Origin: Heptranchias perlo
Lineage: Eukaryota
Length of the DNA: 64,000 nucleotides
Assembly: GCF_035084215.1 (NCBI RefSeq)
Contig: NC_090362.1
Span: forward strand, 14,260,001-14,324,000
Direction: 5' to 3'
Both the position numbers and the translations under genes were made by a program. Positions 48,425 through 60,600 of this stretch are shown piece after piece; position 1 is the stretch's first letter; each line of letters opens with the position of its first letter. The notes under the pieces are model-generated. The model worked only from the letters and a program-made list of their open reading frames with translations, did no database searches and was not told the DNA's origin.

Positions 48425-49963
48425 AATGGTGTCCCGCAAGGATCCGTGCTGGAATCACTGTTGTTCACCGTATACAGAAATGATTTGGAGGCATGGTGTT
48501 GAAATTTACAGATGATACCAAATTGGGGGTTTAGCTAATAATGTGGAGGACTGCGCCAAAATACAGGGAGAAATAAACAGGCTTGCAGAGTGGGCGGATA
48601 ATTGGCAAATGAAATTCAATATAGAGAAGTATGAGGTGATTCATTTTGGTAGGAGGAATAAGGAGGCCACTTATTGGAAAGTAAGAAACTAAATGGGGTA
48701 GAGGAGCAGAGAGATCTTAGAATTTTTTTTTATTCGTTCAAGGGATGTGGGCGTCGCTGGCGAGGCCGGCATTTATTGCCCATCCCTAATTGCCCTTGAG
48801 AAGGTGGTGGTGAGCCGCCGCCTTGAACCGCTGCAGTCCGTGTGGTGAAGGTTCTCCCACAGTGCTGTTAGGAAGGGAGTTCCAGGATTTTGACCCAGAG
48901 ACAATGAAGGAACGGCGATATATTTCCAAGTCGGGATGGTGTGTGACTTGGAGGGGAACGTGCAGGTGGTGTTGTTCCCATGTACCTGCTGCCCTTGTCC
49001 TTCTTGGTGGTAGAGGTCGCGGGTTTGGGAGGTGCTGTCGCAGAAGCCTTGGCGAGTTGCTGCAGTGCATCCTGTGGATGGTACACGCTGCAGCCACAGT
49101 GCGCCGGTGGTGAAGGGAGTGAATGTTTAGGGTGGTGGATGGGGTGCCAATCAAGCGGGCTGCTTTGCCCTGGATTGTGTCGAGCTTCTTGAGTGTTGGA
49201 GCTGCACTCATCCAGGCAAGTGGAGAGTATTCCATCACACTCCTGACTTGTGCCTTGTAGATAGTGGAAAGGCTTTGGGGAGTCAGGAGGTGAGTCACTC
49301 GCCGCAGAATACCCAGCCTCTGACATGCTCTTGTAGCCACAGTATTTAATATAGATACATAAATTGCTAAAAGTAGCTACATGAATTGATCAGGTCATAA
49401 AGATTGCAAACAAGGTACTGGGGTTCATTTGTAGAGGAACAGAATACAAAAGCAGAGAATTAAAGTTAAATTTAGATAGAACCTTGGTTAGACCACACTC
49501 AGTACTGAGATCAGTTCAGGTCTCCATACTACAGAAAGGATAGTGAAGCACTGGAAAAAGTGCAGAAAAGATTTACAAGGACGTTACCAGACTTGAGAGG
49601 ATGCAACTATCAGGAAAGATTGAGCAGGTTGAGGGTTTTTTTTCCACTGGAAAAGAGAAGACTAAGAGGAGACCTGATGGGAGTTCGATAGGGTGAACGT
49701 GTAGAACTTTCAACTTGTGGGTGAATCCAGATCAAGGAGGCATAAATATAAGATGGTCACTAAAATAAAGAATTTAGGAGGAATTTCTTTACACAGAGTG
49801 GTGAGAATGTGGAACTCGCTGCTACATGGAATGGTTGAAGCAGATAGTATTGATGGATTTGAAGGGAGGCTTGATGCCTCCTGAGGGAGAAGGGGGCAGG
49901 GTGGGAGGAAGCTTGTGTGAAGTATAAACACCGGCATAGACCAGTGCTGTAGATTCTATGTAG
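48425..49963 (+). mobile_element. Degenerate CR1 RT-to-3' fragment interrupted by LINE family B (48722-49347)
   Basis: GVPQGSVL..LFT, KFTDDTK and WQMKFNIEK before the insertion. GTEYKS..RTLVRPH and RVVRMWNSL after it. Confidence 0.8.
48722..49347 (-). mobile_element. LINE family B 3' fragment, nested
   Basis: ORF ..QRLGILRRVTHLLTPQSLSTIYKAQVRSVMEYSPLAW..LDTIQ.KAARLIG with a T-run tail at about 48723-48731. Confidence 0.9.
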
Positions 49964-50086
49964 TTTCTATCTGGTTTCTAGTGAGCAAGGGCCTACAGCA
50001 CAATATTGCCCCTAATTTGGCACTGATTGACAATATCAAGCAGGCAGGCTTCAGGCTAGGTGTGGGAAATGGGAAAAAAAACAATT

Positions 50087-50681
50087 TAGAGGGAGCTTTA
50101 CTCTGTATTCAACCCGTGCTGTACCTGCCCTGGGAGTGTTTGATGGGACAGTGTAGAGGGAGCTTTACTCTGTATCTAACCCGTGCTGTACATGTCCTGG
50201 GAGTGTTTGATGGGACAGTGTAGAGAGAGCTTTACTCTGTATCTATCCCGTGCTGTACATGTCCTGGGAGTGTTTGATGGGACAGTGTAGAGAGAGCTTT
50301 ACTCTGTATCTAACCCGTGCTGTACCTGCCCTGGGAGTGTTTGATGGGACAGTGTAGAGAGAGCTTTACTCTGTATCTAACCCGTGCTGTACCTGCCCTG
50401 GGAGTGTTTGATGGGACAGTGTAGAGAGAGCTTTACTCTGTATCTATCCCGTGCTGTACATGTCCTGGGAGTGTTTGATGGGACAGTGTAGAGGGAGCTT
50501 TACTCTGTATCTAACCCATGCTGTACCTGCCCTGGGAGTGTTTGATGGGACAGTGTGGAGGGAGCTTTACTCTGTATCTAACCCATGCTGTACCTGCCCT
50601 GGGAGTGTTTGATGGGACAGTGTAGAGGGAGCTTTACTCTGTATCTAACCCATGCTGTACCTGCCCTGGGAGTGTTTGATG
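50087..50681 (-). repeat. 67-bp minisatellite, about 9 units, in host element about 49990-50755
   Basis: Reverse complement of the 67-bp unit. Both flanks are homologous to those of the 11899 and 38219 arrays. Confidence 0.95.
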
Positions 50682-51740
50682 CTGACATTGGATGCCTGAA
50701 ATGGAAATTGTTCCATTCCTAATCACTGACATCCTTCACCTTGATCAGTGCATTCAATAATGCGGGAAATACAGAGTAGGTCAATCAACATCTGAAAGAG
50801 GAGAAAAAAACACAGTTCACGATTCAGGTGCAGACCTTCTGCTCGAGACCACCGGGAAAGTTGGGGTCGGTTCTGACAAAAGATCACACCTGAAATGTTA
50901 ACCTTCACTATCAGGTACTGACTGACCTGTGCGTTTCCTGAAAATATGTTTTAAAAATTTCACGATGCAGTAGGGCAGGTCCAGTGATAAACGATCTTTG
51001 GTGCGTCTGAGAGACTGGCATTTAAACAACGAAGATGCCTTTCGGGGGTGGGGGGTGTTGGGGGGTGGGCAGGGAAATAGAACATACTTTCTTCTATTTT
51101 AAAAAAAAATGAAGCTGTGCATGAGATTGACCTGACAGCACAAAAATGGAACTGGGAGGAGGGTATTGGGAAGAAGAATTCAGCAAGAAATTGGCAAAAC
51201 AAAGGGCAGGGCGGAGGAACCAAATATTAAAACCAGAACTCAGACACAAGAAAATTCAGTCCTTTTCTTTGTGATTGCAGTATCTGAACTAGTTGCTTTG
51301 AAGACGGTGCCTGTGGTTTTATATACGTAGACTGGATGTAGATCAGTAATCCAGAAAAAATTGGAACCCCTCATGGCGATGTCCACAAATTCTGATGTCA
51401 TCCTGTCGCCAGCTGGCCAGCAGTTGTACACTCCTCATCTTGTGCACAGCCCGACCATTGTGTGTTTTATTTTTAAACTCTCCTTCCCCCTCTCATTCTC
51501 TCCCTTCCCCTCCTCTGCCCTCCTCTCCAGAGGCGCTGACTGCTTGCTGGGCTCCAGTTCCGTGGGTTCTGCTCACTCTCCAGTACCTCGGCCAAACCCA
51601 CCACTTGCCACCTTTTGAGTCCGGACTGCAGGTCTCCGCACACTACGGAGACACGGAGAGCTTCTTGGCCGATTCTTTCCTCGTCCGACATCCACTTCCC
51701 AGAGTGAGTCACCGAATAGTGCTCGGGACGTTCTGAGTTT

Positions 51741-52168
51741 GGGACAGTGTAGAGGGAGCTTTACTCTGTATCTAACCCGTGCTGTACCTGCCCTGGGAGT
51801 GTTTGATGGGACAGTGTAGAGGGAGCTTTACTCTGTATCTAACCCGTGCTGTACCTGCCCTGGGAGTGTTTGATGGGACAGTGTAGAGGGAGCTTTACTC
51901 TGTATCTAACCCTGTACCTGCCCTGGGAGTGTTTGATGGGACAGTGTAGAGGGAGCTTTACTCTGTATTTAACCCGTGCTATGGCTGCCCCGAGTGTTCG
52001 ATGGGACAGTGTAGAGGGATCTTTACTCTGTATCTAACCCGTGCTCTCCCTGCCCTGGGAGTGTTTGATGGGACAGTGTAGAGGGAGCTTTACTCTGTAT
52101 CTAACCCGTGGTGTACCTGCCCCGAGTGTTTGATGGGACAGTGTAGAGGGATCTTTACTCTGTATTTG
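51741..52168 (-). repeat. 67-bp minisatellite, about 6 units with variants; host flank to about 52235
   Basis: Reverse-complement units with local variants (GGGATCTTT, GTGTTCGAT, GGCTGCCCCGAG, short deletions). Confidence 0.93.
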
Positions 52169-52800
52169 GATACTCAAAATGGGAAAGAGTTCCATTCCCC
52201 AGCCCTAACATCCCTCACCTGATGAACACAAAATTCGCTCACTAAAAGAAATGGTATGTGAAATAAATTGAGCTTTTCTCGGCCTCACTGCCCCCTGGTG
52301 GAGAAGTGCCTGAATTCACCTGACAGTCTGGCTGAGATTGAAAACTCGATCTGGGAGGGGATATGGGGAGAGGAGCAGAGGTGACATGTTTGTAGACATC
52401 TGGGATCCTGGGTCACAGCTGCTGCGTTTGCACAGAGCAGCATCGGAATGCACACACGATCATTCCTCTGACTCTGCACTAGGATAGGAAGGTGCAAATG
52501 CAGTCCAGAGTGCAACAGGATAGCCTCATATTGTGCACTCTTAATGTAGTACTCAAAATGTTCACCAGTGACCTGTACGTAAAGAAAGAACTTGCGTTTA
52601 TGTAGTTCCTTTTACTTCAGGATGTCCCTAAATGCTTCTCAGCCTAGAATTAGTTTTGATGTGGAGATGCCGGTGATGGACTGGGGTTGACAATTGTAAA
52701 CAATTTTACAACACCAAGTTATAGTCCAACAATTTTTATTTGAAATCTACAAGCTTTCGGAGGCTTCCTCCTTCGTCAGGTAAATGTTCCTGACAATGTT

Positions 52801-53273
52801 CCATTTTGAGTATCCAAATACAGAGTAAAGATCCCTCTACACTGTCCCATCGAACACTCTGGGCAGCCACAGCACGGGTTAGATACAGAGTAAAGCTCCC
52901 TCTACACTGTCCCATCAAACACTCCCAGGGCAGGTACAGCACGGGTTAGATACAGAGTAAAGCTCCCTCTACACTGCCCCATCAAACACTCCCAGGGCAG
53001 GTACAGCACGGGTTAGATACAGAGTAAAGCTCCCTCTACACTGCCCCATCAAACACTCCCAGGGCAGGTACAGCACGGGTTAGATACAGAGTAAAGCTCC
53101 CTCTACACTGTCCCATCAAACACTCCCAGGGCAGGTACAGCACGGGTTAGATACAGAGTAAAGCTCCCTCTACACTGCCCCATCAAACACTCCCAGGGCA
53201 GGTACAGCACGGGTTAGATACAGAGTAAAGCTCCCTCTACACTGTCCCATCAAACACTCCCAGGGCAGGTACA
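52801..53273 (+). repeat. 67-bp minisatellite, about 7 units, inverted relative to 51741-52182
   Basis: Starts with CCATTTTGAGTATCCAAATACAGAGTAAAGATCCC, the reverse complement of 52148-52182. Confidence 0.93.
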
Positions 53274-53281
53274 CTCCTGAC

Positions 53282-53322
53282 ATTTACCTGACGAAGGAGG
53301 AAGCCTCCGAAAGCTTGTAGAT
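53282..53322 (+). ncRNA. Minimal hammerhead ribozyme motif (mirror copy on - strand at about 52745-52785)
   Basis: ATTTAC-CTGACGA-A-GGAGG-AAG-CCTCC-GAAA-GC-TT-GTAGAT. Stem I is ATTTAC/GTAGAT. Confidence 0.75.
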
Positions 53323-54907
53323 TTCAAATAAAAATTGTTGGACTATAACTTGGTGTTGTAAAATTGTTTAGAATTAGTTTGTATGAGTAGTCACTGATGT
53401 TGTATAGACAAATGAGGCAGCTAACTTGTGCATGGAAAGATCCCACAGGCAGCAGTAATCTGTTTTTTTGCTTGTGGTGGTTGAGGGGAAAAAATTGACC
53501 AAAGCAACGGGGAGAACTCCCCTGCTCCTCTTTGAAATCGTGCCACGGGATCTTTTACATCTGCCCGAGAGGTCCAACGAAGACTCTGTTTAACCTCTCA
53601 TCCGAAAGACAGCACCTCCAACACTGCAGCACTCCCTCGGGTCTGTACTGGAGTATAAGGAGAGCAAGTCTCTTTATTGCACAGTGTTCACAGCATAATA
53701 TCCAGATTCAGTGAGATGGAAGCGCATTTGAAACTGGTGTAAGATGATTGTATTTTAAATAGTGATAAATTTTAATATTAGAACATTTGCTCATTTAAAA
53801 ATACTGGTTTAAAGTACAGAACTTAGTTTAAACTGAGGCTAAAGACGTTGTGTGGGTAGGTTGTGTTTTTATCAGCTCTGAAGCAGAGCCCATTAAGCCC
53901 AGGAAAAGGGGACGATGTCCCTTAAAGTTAATTATCCAGTAAAAAATTCCTGAAGGATCAGTCATCTCTCCGTACGGCAGATGGATAAACCACAGGAATC
54001 GATTGTCGTGGCCTATGGACAGGCTTGATCATCTCGAAGGAATGTGTGTGACTGACTGCTGCTCTCTGAGCGTGTTTTCACAGGGCACTTCATTCTTTAA
54101 CTTGCCTGCCTGTGGGAATGAAAACAACAGAGTCTTTTTGGAGAATGGTATTTGAGGCTGAATCGTGACACCTGTTTTTTTTTTCTCTCTTTCTGATGCA
54201 GGTAGCCACAAATGCACGTAGTGTACTGTACAACTCAGCCTTGTTTACACAGGAGACTTCAGACATGGTGGGGTTGGGGGGGGGGAGATTTGGTGCAGAT
54301 TATCCAGAGTAAGGTTCAAAGTTTTACTGTAAACCTGATTCTTAAAAATAGAATTTTTAGTGTGCTGCAAAGCTGGAAAGACCAGGAGAGCCAGTGCCAA
54401 GTTCAAACCATTGCTGAGGTAACTCAACTATGTTGGGGCTACAATTATCCCCATTGCCTCTGGGCTGGGAGGGGCGGGGGGGGGGGGGGAAAATACAACC
54501 TGGGTTTCAGCTCCTGTGCTGGTGTGGGTGGACCACAATTGGGCTGGATTGTGATGCCCCTCAAGGTTGAATATCCCAGTGACATTTGCTGTCTTGGGCG
54601 AGGCATGCAGGGCGGTCAGTCGGGTGAGGTAATGAAGTGTTGCTGGTGGCCGTGGAACTGTACTCCAGTGAGAGGCTGCACTTTCAGAAGAGAGCAAAAG
54701 AAATGATTGGATTGGTATTTTGATTCTTTGGAAAGATCGTCATGCAATCGGTCAGTGATTCCTTCAGGTTTTTGTGCCAACTCACTATAGAAGAACGTTG
54801 CTCTTCAGTCAGTATGACTGTATGATATGCTTCTGAGATATTCTTAATTCATCACTGCAAATTGTTCCCACTATTGCTAGCACTCCCCCATATGTACTTT
54901 ACTTTAG

Positions 54908-55353
54908 TCTGCCGTGGCTTAGTGGGTAGCACTGTCGCCTCTGAGTCAGAAGGTTGTGGGTTCAAGTCCCACTCTAGACTTGAGCACAGAATCTAGACTG
55001 ACGCTCCCAGTGCAGTACTGAGGGGAGTGTTGCTCCACTGTCGGAGGTGCCGTCTTTCGGATGAGACTTTAAACCGAGGCCCCGTCTGCCCCCTCAGGTG
55101 GACGTAAAAGATCCCATGGCACTATTTCGAAGAAGAGCTGGGGAGTGCTCCCCGATGTCCTGGCCAGTATTTATCCTACAACCAGCGTCACTAAAACAGA
55201 TTATCTAGTCATTATCATATTGCTGTTTATGGGAGCTTGCTGTGCGCAGATTGGCTACAGCTTACAACAGTGACCACACTTCAAAAGTACTTCATTGGCT
55301 GTAAAGTGCTTTGAGGTTGTTAAAGGTGCTATATAAATGCAAGTCCTTTCTTT
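54908..55353 (+). mobile_element. Deu-domain SINE, near full length
   Basis: A/B-box head GCCGTGGCTTAGTGGGTAGC..GGGTTCAAGTCCC, Deu core and L2-type tail. Confidence 0.9.
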
Positions 55354-55569
55354 CTTGCATTTACTTAGCGCTTTGTCACATTGTGACATCTCAAAAGTAT
55401 TTCTCGCAAGATCGAGGCAGATAAGGACGGCCATTCGGCCCATCTAGGCTCATCTATCTTAAAAGATGCAGCAATTTCCCCCATCCTGGGATCCAACTGT
55501 TTAATTCCAGGGCTTCTGGCTCCATTGCCCCAGCTGGCATCCGTTCCTGATGTTGGTCACTCTGCGTGA

Positions 55570-55970
55570 GTCGATTTTAAAATTCTCAGCCTTGTGTACA
55601 AATTCCTCCATGGCCTCGACCCCTTCCTATCTTTGTAACCCCCTCCAACTCTACAGCTTTCCAAGATTTCTGAGCTCCTCCAATTGTGGCCTCTTGTGCA
55701 TTCCTGATTTTAATCGCTCCATCATTGGTGGCCGTGCCTTCAGCTGCCTAGGCCCTAAACTCTGGAATTAACTCCCTAAACCTCTTCGCCTCTCTACCTC
55801 CCTCTCCTTTAAGATGCTCGTTAAAACCTACCTCTTTGACCAAACTTTTGGTCACCTATCCTAATATCATCTTATGTGGCTCGATGTCAAATTTTGTTTG
55901 GTAGTGCTTACATGAAGCGCCTTGGGACGTTTTACTACGTTAAAGGCGCTATACAAATGCAAGTTGTTGT
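55570..55970 (+). mobile_element. L2 LINE 3' fragment
   Basis: GATTTTAAAATTCTC...TTTAATCGCTCCATCATTGGTGGCCGTGCCTTCAGC...AAAGGCGCTATACAAATGCAAGTTGTTG. An older copy follows at about 56480-56937. Confidence 0.85.
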
Positions 55971-57340
55971 GAAGAACTTCCTGACATCAGTCTGAAATTT
56001 GTCTCTTACCGGTTTGAATATGTGTCTTTGTCCTACAGTCAACAATTTAATTTAAGGTAACTTTCCAGATTTACCATATCTATACCATTTCTGACCCATT
56101 AGGTCACCTCACGCTCGTCTCCTTTCAAGGTCAAAAAGCCCTTGTTTCTACTTTCTTTGCTCACAACTGTTTGAGTGCAGCAGCTTGAGTTGAGTTGGTA
56201 TGAAGCTTTCGTACCGTCACCATTAGACACTCACTGAAATCCAATGACAACACTGTAAATCAAAATGGTATCCTGATATCCCCAGAATTAGAACAAGTGT
56301 CACGGGGAGCTTGGCTCAGCATGGTGTTTGGACTGGATTTCTCCAGTGCATTCCAACCTTTACCCCCCCCCCAAACAAACGTACTCTCATCCAAATTTCT
56401 GCTGTCCATGTCCCATCCAACATTAACTTCCACTTGCTCATCACTCCCACTCCACACCCCCCTACCCTGTTGCCCCACCTCCCATCCTGATCCTCACTGA
56501 CCTACACTGGTTCCACGTTCCTTTCCTGCCCCCCCCCCCCACCCACCCAGTGCATCCAAATTAAAATCCTTTGTCTTGTCTACAAATCCCTGCGTGGCCT
56601 CACCCCCCACACCCCTGTTTTTCCTCTGCAAACTCCTTCACCCATACGTCCCAGCCCGTACCCACTGGTTCTCCAACCATGGCCTCCTGTGCATCCTCTT
56701 TCCCCACCCGCAGTCCACTCCTCCGTCGGTGGCAGAGCCTTCAGCTCTCTCGGTACTAACCTCTGGAACTTCTACACCCCTTGCTGCTTCTCTCCTCACT
56801 TTTAAAGCCTCCTCAGAAACCTGCCTTTTCAACTGTGCTTGCAGTCCTCTCTCCTAATTCTCTCCCAAGACTGCTCCGTATGAGGCTTCTTGAGCCGCTG
56901 TGTTTAAGGCTCTGTGGGGGGGAAAAAAAATGCAAGTAGTCGAGTGAACTGTGACGTCCGAAAGCTCTCGTGTAGATGGATGAATGGTATGTTTCTCTCC
57001 CTTACCCTCCCCTATGCAGCTTACAAGTGGGGAGTATAGTAGGAGTCTGATCTTGCCCCTGTATCCATGCTGTCTTTGACAAATTTTCGGGTGAGCTTGC
57101 TATTTCTTTTACAGAGTTTGGTTTGATGTCTTAACTCTCACTGTTTAGGCAAGTTGGGGTCTGGGAGGAATTCCTGGGTGCTCTGATCATCCTTATTCCT
57201 TTTCATGCTGCCCCAAACACCTTAAAACTGCAGCTGTGCACAAAACCTAACGACACCTACATAATTTGAAAGTGGTCCCAGGGGAGCAACACTGAAACAG
57301 AGACCATAAACTTTCATTCTCCCTCCCTCCCTCCACTGAA

Positions 57341-57545
57341 GAGAACTCCCTGCTCTTCAGATTGTGCCTTGGGATCCTTAACATCCACCTGGGGCCTCAT
57401 TTTAACATCTCATCTAAAGGCTGCCATTTCTGATGTTGCAGCGCTCCCTTTACGCTACACTGGTGTCCCGACATTATGTGCTCAAGTCCTGGAGTGGGGT
57501 TTGAACACGGCCTTCTGACTCGGGACTGAGAGTGCTCCCGACTGG
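57341..57545 (-). mobile_element. Deu-domain SINE 5' half, degenerate
   Basis: GAGAACTCCCTGCTCTTC..GGGATCC..ACATCCACCTG..GGAGTGGGGTTTGAAC..CCTTCTGACTC. Confidence 0.7.
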
Positions 57546-58854
57546 GATGCAATAGAAGCAGATATTAGTATATGGCAGTGGTTCTCCCAACATTGGGGTG
57601 GGCCCTACTGGGCCAGGTGGGGTGTGGGCGGCAGAGGTTAAACTGAGTCATTATAGGATGGATGTGACATCCCCCAGGTGCAGATGGTTGAAATGACCAT
57701 ATTCCGTGGACCACAGTGCCTGCTTGCTACTTTTCCCCCCATATTAGTTGAGTTGCTCCTGGTATTCTCTAAAAGGATGTCAGCTTCTCAGTTGAATATT
57801 TAACTTTTTTTAGTTTCCTTGTCTTCAGCGGGTGTGGGCGGAGGGGGTTGTAAGAGGGAATGAGTCCATGCGGCTTCTTACAAACATGTGTATGACACAA
57901 CTGCCATTAAAGGGAGAACTCTGCTCTTTGTTTGTTTAGAAAAACTCTCACCACTAGCCTGGCAGAGTCACAGCTGCCTACAGCAACTGCGCAGGGCCTT
58001 GTGCTATCTGTTTAAAGTTTTATCTCGCTGTGAGGTCTCCCACATCCTCCCTTCCGTCTCCTGGCATTGTACAAGGTGACTAATCGCAGAGTCTTCAAAG
58101 CATTAAGGAGCTGTGCTTCTGGACTGATGTTTGCATGCTTTGCGGAGGAGTTTACACTGCAGTCGGAGCCCGAGCTCAGGAAGCCTGATTCAAGGTGCCT
58201 TTATTTTCTGTGCTTGGATACCAGGTTATAGGATCCTGCATCGGGAGAGCAATGTCTGCATGCTGCTCTGCCACTTTAACACTCTGTGTCAGGAGGGTGC
58301 CTTTGTAAGTGTGATGGACTTCCCTGTATAATACTGAGGACCAGCATTCAAAGAAGCAAGACCTGCTCCCGCCTGGCGTCTCGGGGAGATGGCAGAATCG
58401 TACAACCATGTTTCTGTGGGTCTGCGATTGCCTTCGATTCCTGGAATCAGGGCGTGCTTGCACTATAGAATGGAACCAACCGAGGGGGGATAAATGGCTG
58501 TACTCCCAAATGGTGTAAAGAAAACACCCCACCTTATTACTCCAGAATAGATCTGGTATGACCGATCTGGGTGTTGACTTTTATCCTATTTTATTCAGGA
58601 TCACACCGTTCAGAGCCACTGGCTTGCAGAGGGTTTTATGCCTGGCAGTCTCTCACTAAGATTCCATTAAAGTTCGGAAACACACCCAGCAGTACAGTTT
58701 ATAGATTTTGTCCTTCCAAACTTGGATTGTGTCTGGAGAGAGTATATCCTAATCAATTTTTGCCTCTGAAGTGCCTTGAGATGTATTATTGTGTTAAATT
58801 ATTGTCTCTTTCCACTGGCGGGAGGGTCGGTAAACAGAAGACACAGATTTTAAG

Positions 58855-59122
58855 ATAATTGGCAAAAGAACCAGGAGGGGAAATGAGGATTTTTTTTTTA
58901 ATGCAGCGAATTGTTATGGTCTGGGATGCTCTGCCTGAAAGGGCAGATTCAACAATAACTTTCAAAAGGAAATTGGATAAATACTTTAAAAAAAAAAGAA
59001 AAACATTTGTAGGGCTGTGGGGAAAGAGCAGGGCGAGTGGGACTAATTGAATAGCTCTGTCAAAGAGCAGACACAGAAACGATGGGCTGAATGGCTGTCT
59101 TCTATGCTGTATCATTCTATGA
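58855..59122 (+). mobile_element. CR1 3' fragment
   Basis: GEMR.FF.QRIVMVWDALPER..SI.TFKRKLDKY, with 3' UTR GATGGGCTGAATGGC..TTCTATGCTGTATCATTCTATGA. Confidence 0.8.
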
Positions 59123-59539
59123 AATCTGCGGTGTAAATGAGAGTTGATGGTGATGCTGATCTGCTTTTACATTGAATGCAGTAAGGATGCTCCCGACTCT
59201 GCTCTCCTGCAGCCAATGACCCCCCTCCCCTGTATATACTTTGGGGTCACTGTCAGCTGCAGGGAACCTACGTCCAGGCGCTGGGAACCTTGGTACGGCA
59301 CAAACGGGGTGCAACAGTAGCTTTGGACTGGAGTGAAGTAGGGGGCGTGGTCACTGGCCAGACCATCTTGCGGTGATGAATTAAGAAGCTCGTAACTCAA
59401 TTATTGGCTTGTGTGGTTTTCCTTACTTTGTAAAATGACAACCTTGCTGCTGCTACGTACTGCGAACGGGTTTACACCACGAGTCAAATTAAATCCATAG
59501 ATCATTCACTGCAAATTGGTGAGGGCTTGTAGATTTTTA

Positions 59540-60600
59540 AAATTCATTCATGGGATGTGGACGTCGCTGGCATGGCCAGCATTTATTGCCCATCCCTAAT
59601 TACCCTTGAGAAGTCGGTGGTGAGCCTACTCGAACCATTGCAGTCCATGTGATGACAGTTCTCCTACTGTGCTGTTAGGTAGGGAGTTCCAGGATTATGG
59701 CCCAGCGACGATGAAGGAACGTCGATATATTTCCAAGCCGGGATGGTGTGTGACTTGGAGGGGAACGTGCAGGTGGTGGTGTTCCCAATCACCTGTTGCC
59801 CTTGTCTTTCTAGGTGGTAGAGATCGTGGGTTTGGCAGGTGCTGTCGAAGAAGCCTTGGCGAGTTGTTGTAGTGCGTCTTGTAGATGGTACATACTGCAT
59901 CCATGGTGCGCCGCTGGTGAAGGGAATGAATGTTTTGGGTGGTGGATGGGATGCCAATCCAGTGGGCTGCTTTGTCCTGGATTGTGTCAAGCTTCTTGAG
60001 TGTTGTTGGAGCTGCACTCATCCAGGCAAGTGGAGAGTATTCCATCACACTCCTGACTTGTGCCTTATAGGTAGTGGAAAGGCTTTGGGGAGTCAGGAGG
60101 TGAGTCACTCCCCGCAGAATACCCAGCCTCTGACCTGCTGTTGTAGCCACAGTATTTATGTGGCTGGTCCAGTTAAGTTTCTGATCAATGGTGACCCCCA
60201 GGATGTTGATGGTGGTGGATTCGGCGATGGTAATGCCATTGAATGTCAAGGGGAGGTGATTAGACTCTCTCTTGTTGGAGATGGTCATTGCCTGGCACTT
60301 GTCTGGCGCGAATGTTACTTGCCACTTATCAGCCCAAGCCTGGATGTTGACCAGGTCTTGCTGCATGTGGGCACGGACTGCTTCATTATCTGAGGAGTTT
60401 GCGAATGGAACCGAACACTCTGCAATCATTAGCGAACATCCGCACTTCTGACCTTATGATGGAGGGAAGGTCATTGATGAAGCAGCTGTAGATGGTTGGG
60501 CCAAGTCACTGCCCTGAGGAACTCCTGCAGCGATGGGCTGAGGCAATTGGCCTCCAACAGCCACTACCATCTTCCTTTGTGCTAGGTATGACTCCAGCCA
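59540..60600 (-). mobile_element. LINE family B, RT C-terminal half to 3' end
   Basis: Minus-strand WLESYLAQRKMVV.V.GQ..AGVPQGS and QQDL.NIQAWADKWQVTFAP.KCQAM..ILGVTIDQKLNWTSHI..YKAQVRSVMEY. Confidence 0.9.

Larger units (their letters stand above)
52657..53368. mobile_element. Penelope inverted pLTR pair enclosing a captured 67-bp satellite segment, 12-bp TSD
   Basis: Left arm 52657-52787 (with the ~35-nt extension), right arm about 53274-53370. TAGAATTAGTTT is at 52645-52656 and 53369-53380. Confidence 0.9.
52581..53655 (-). mobile_element. Deu-domain SINE interrupted by the composite Penelope insertion
   Basis: The tail at 52581-52656 continues at 53381-53655 (GGAGAACTCCCCTGCTC..TCTCATCCGAAAGACAGCACCTCC). 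Confidence 0.8.
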
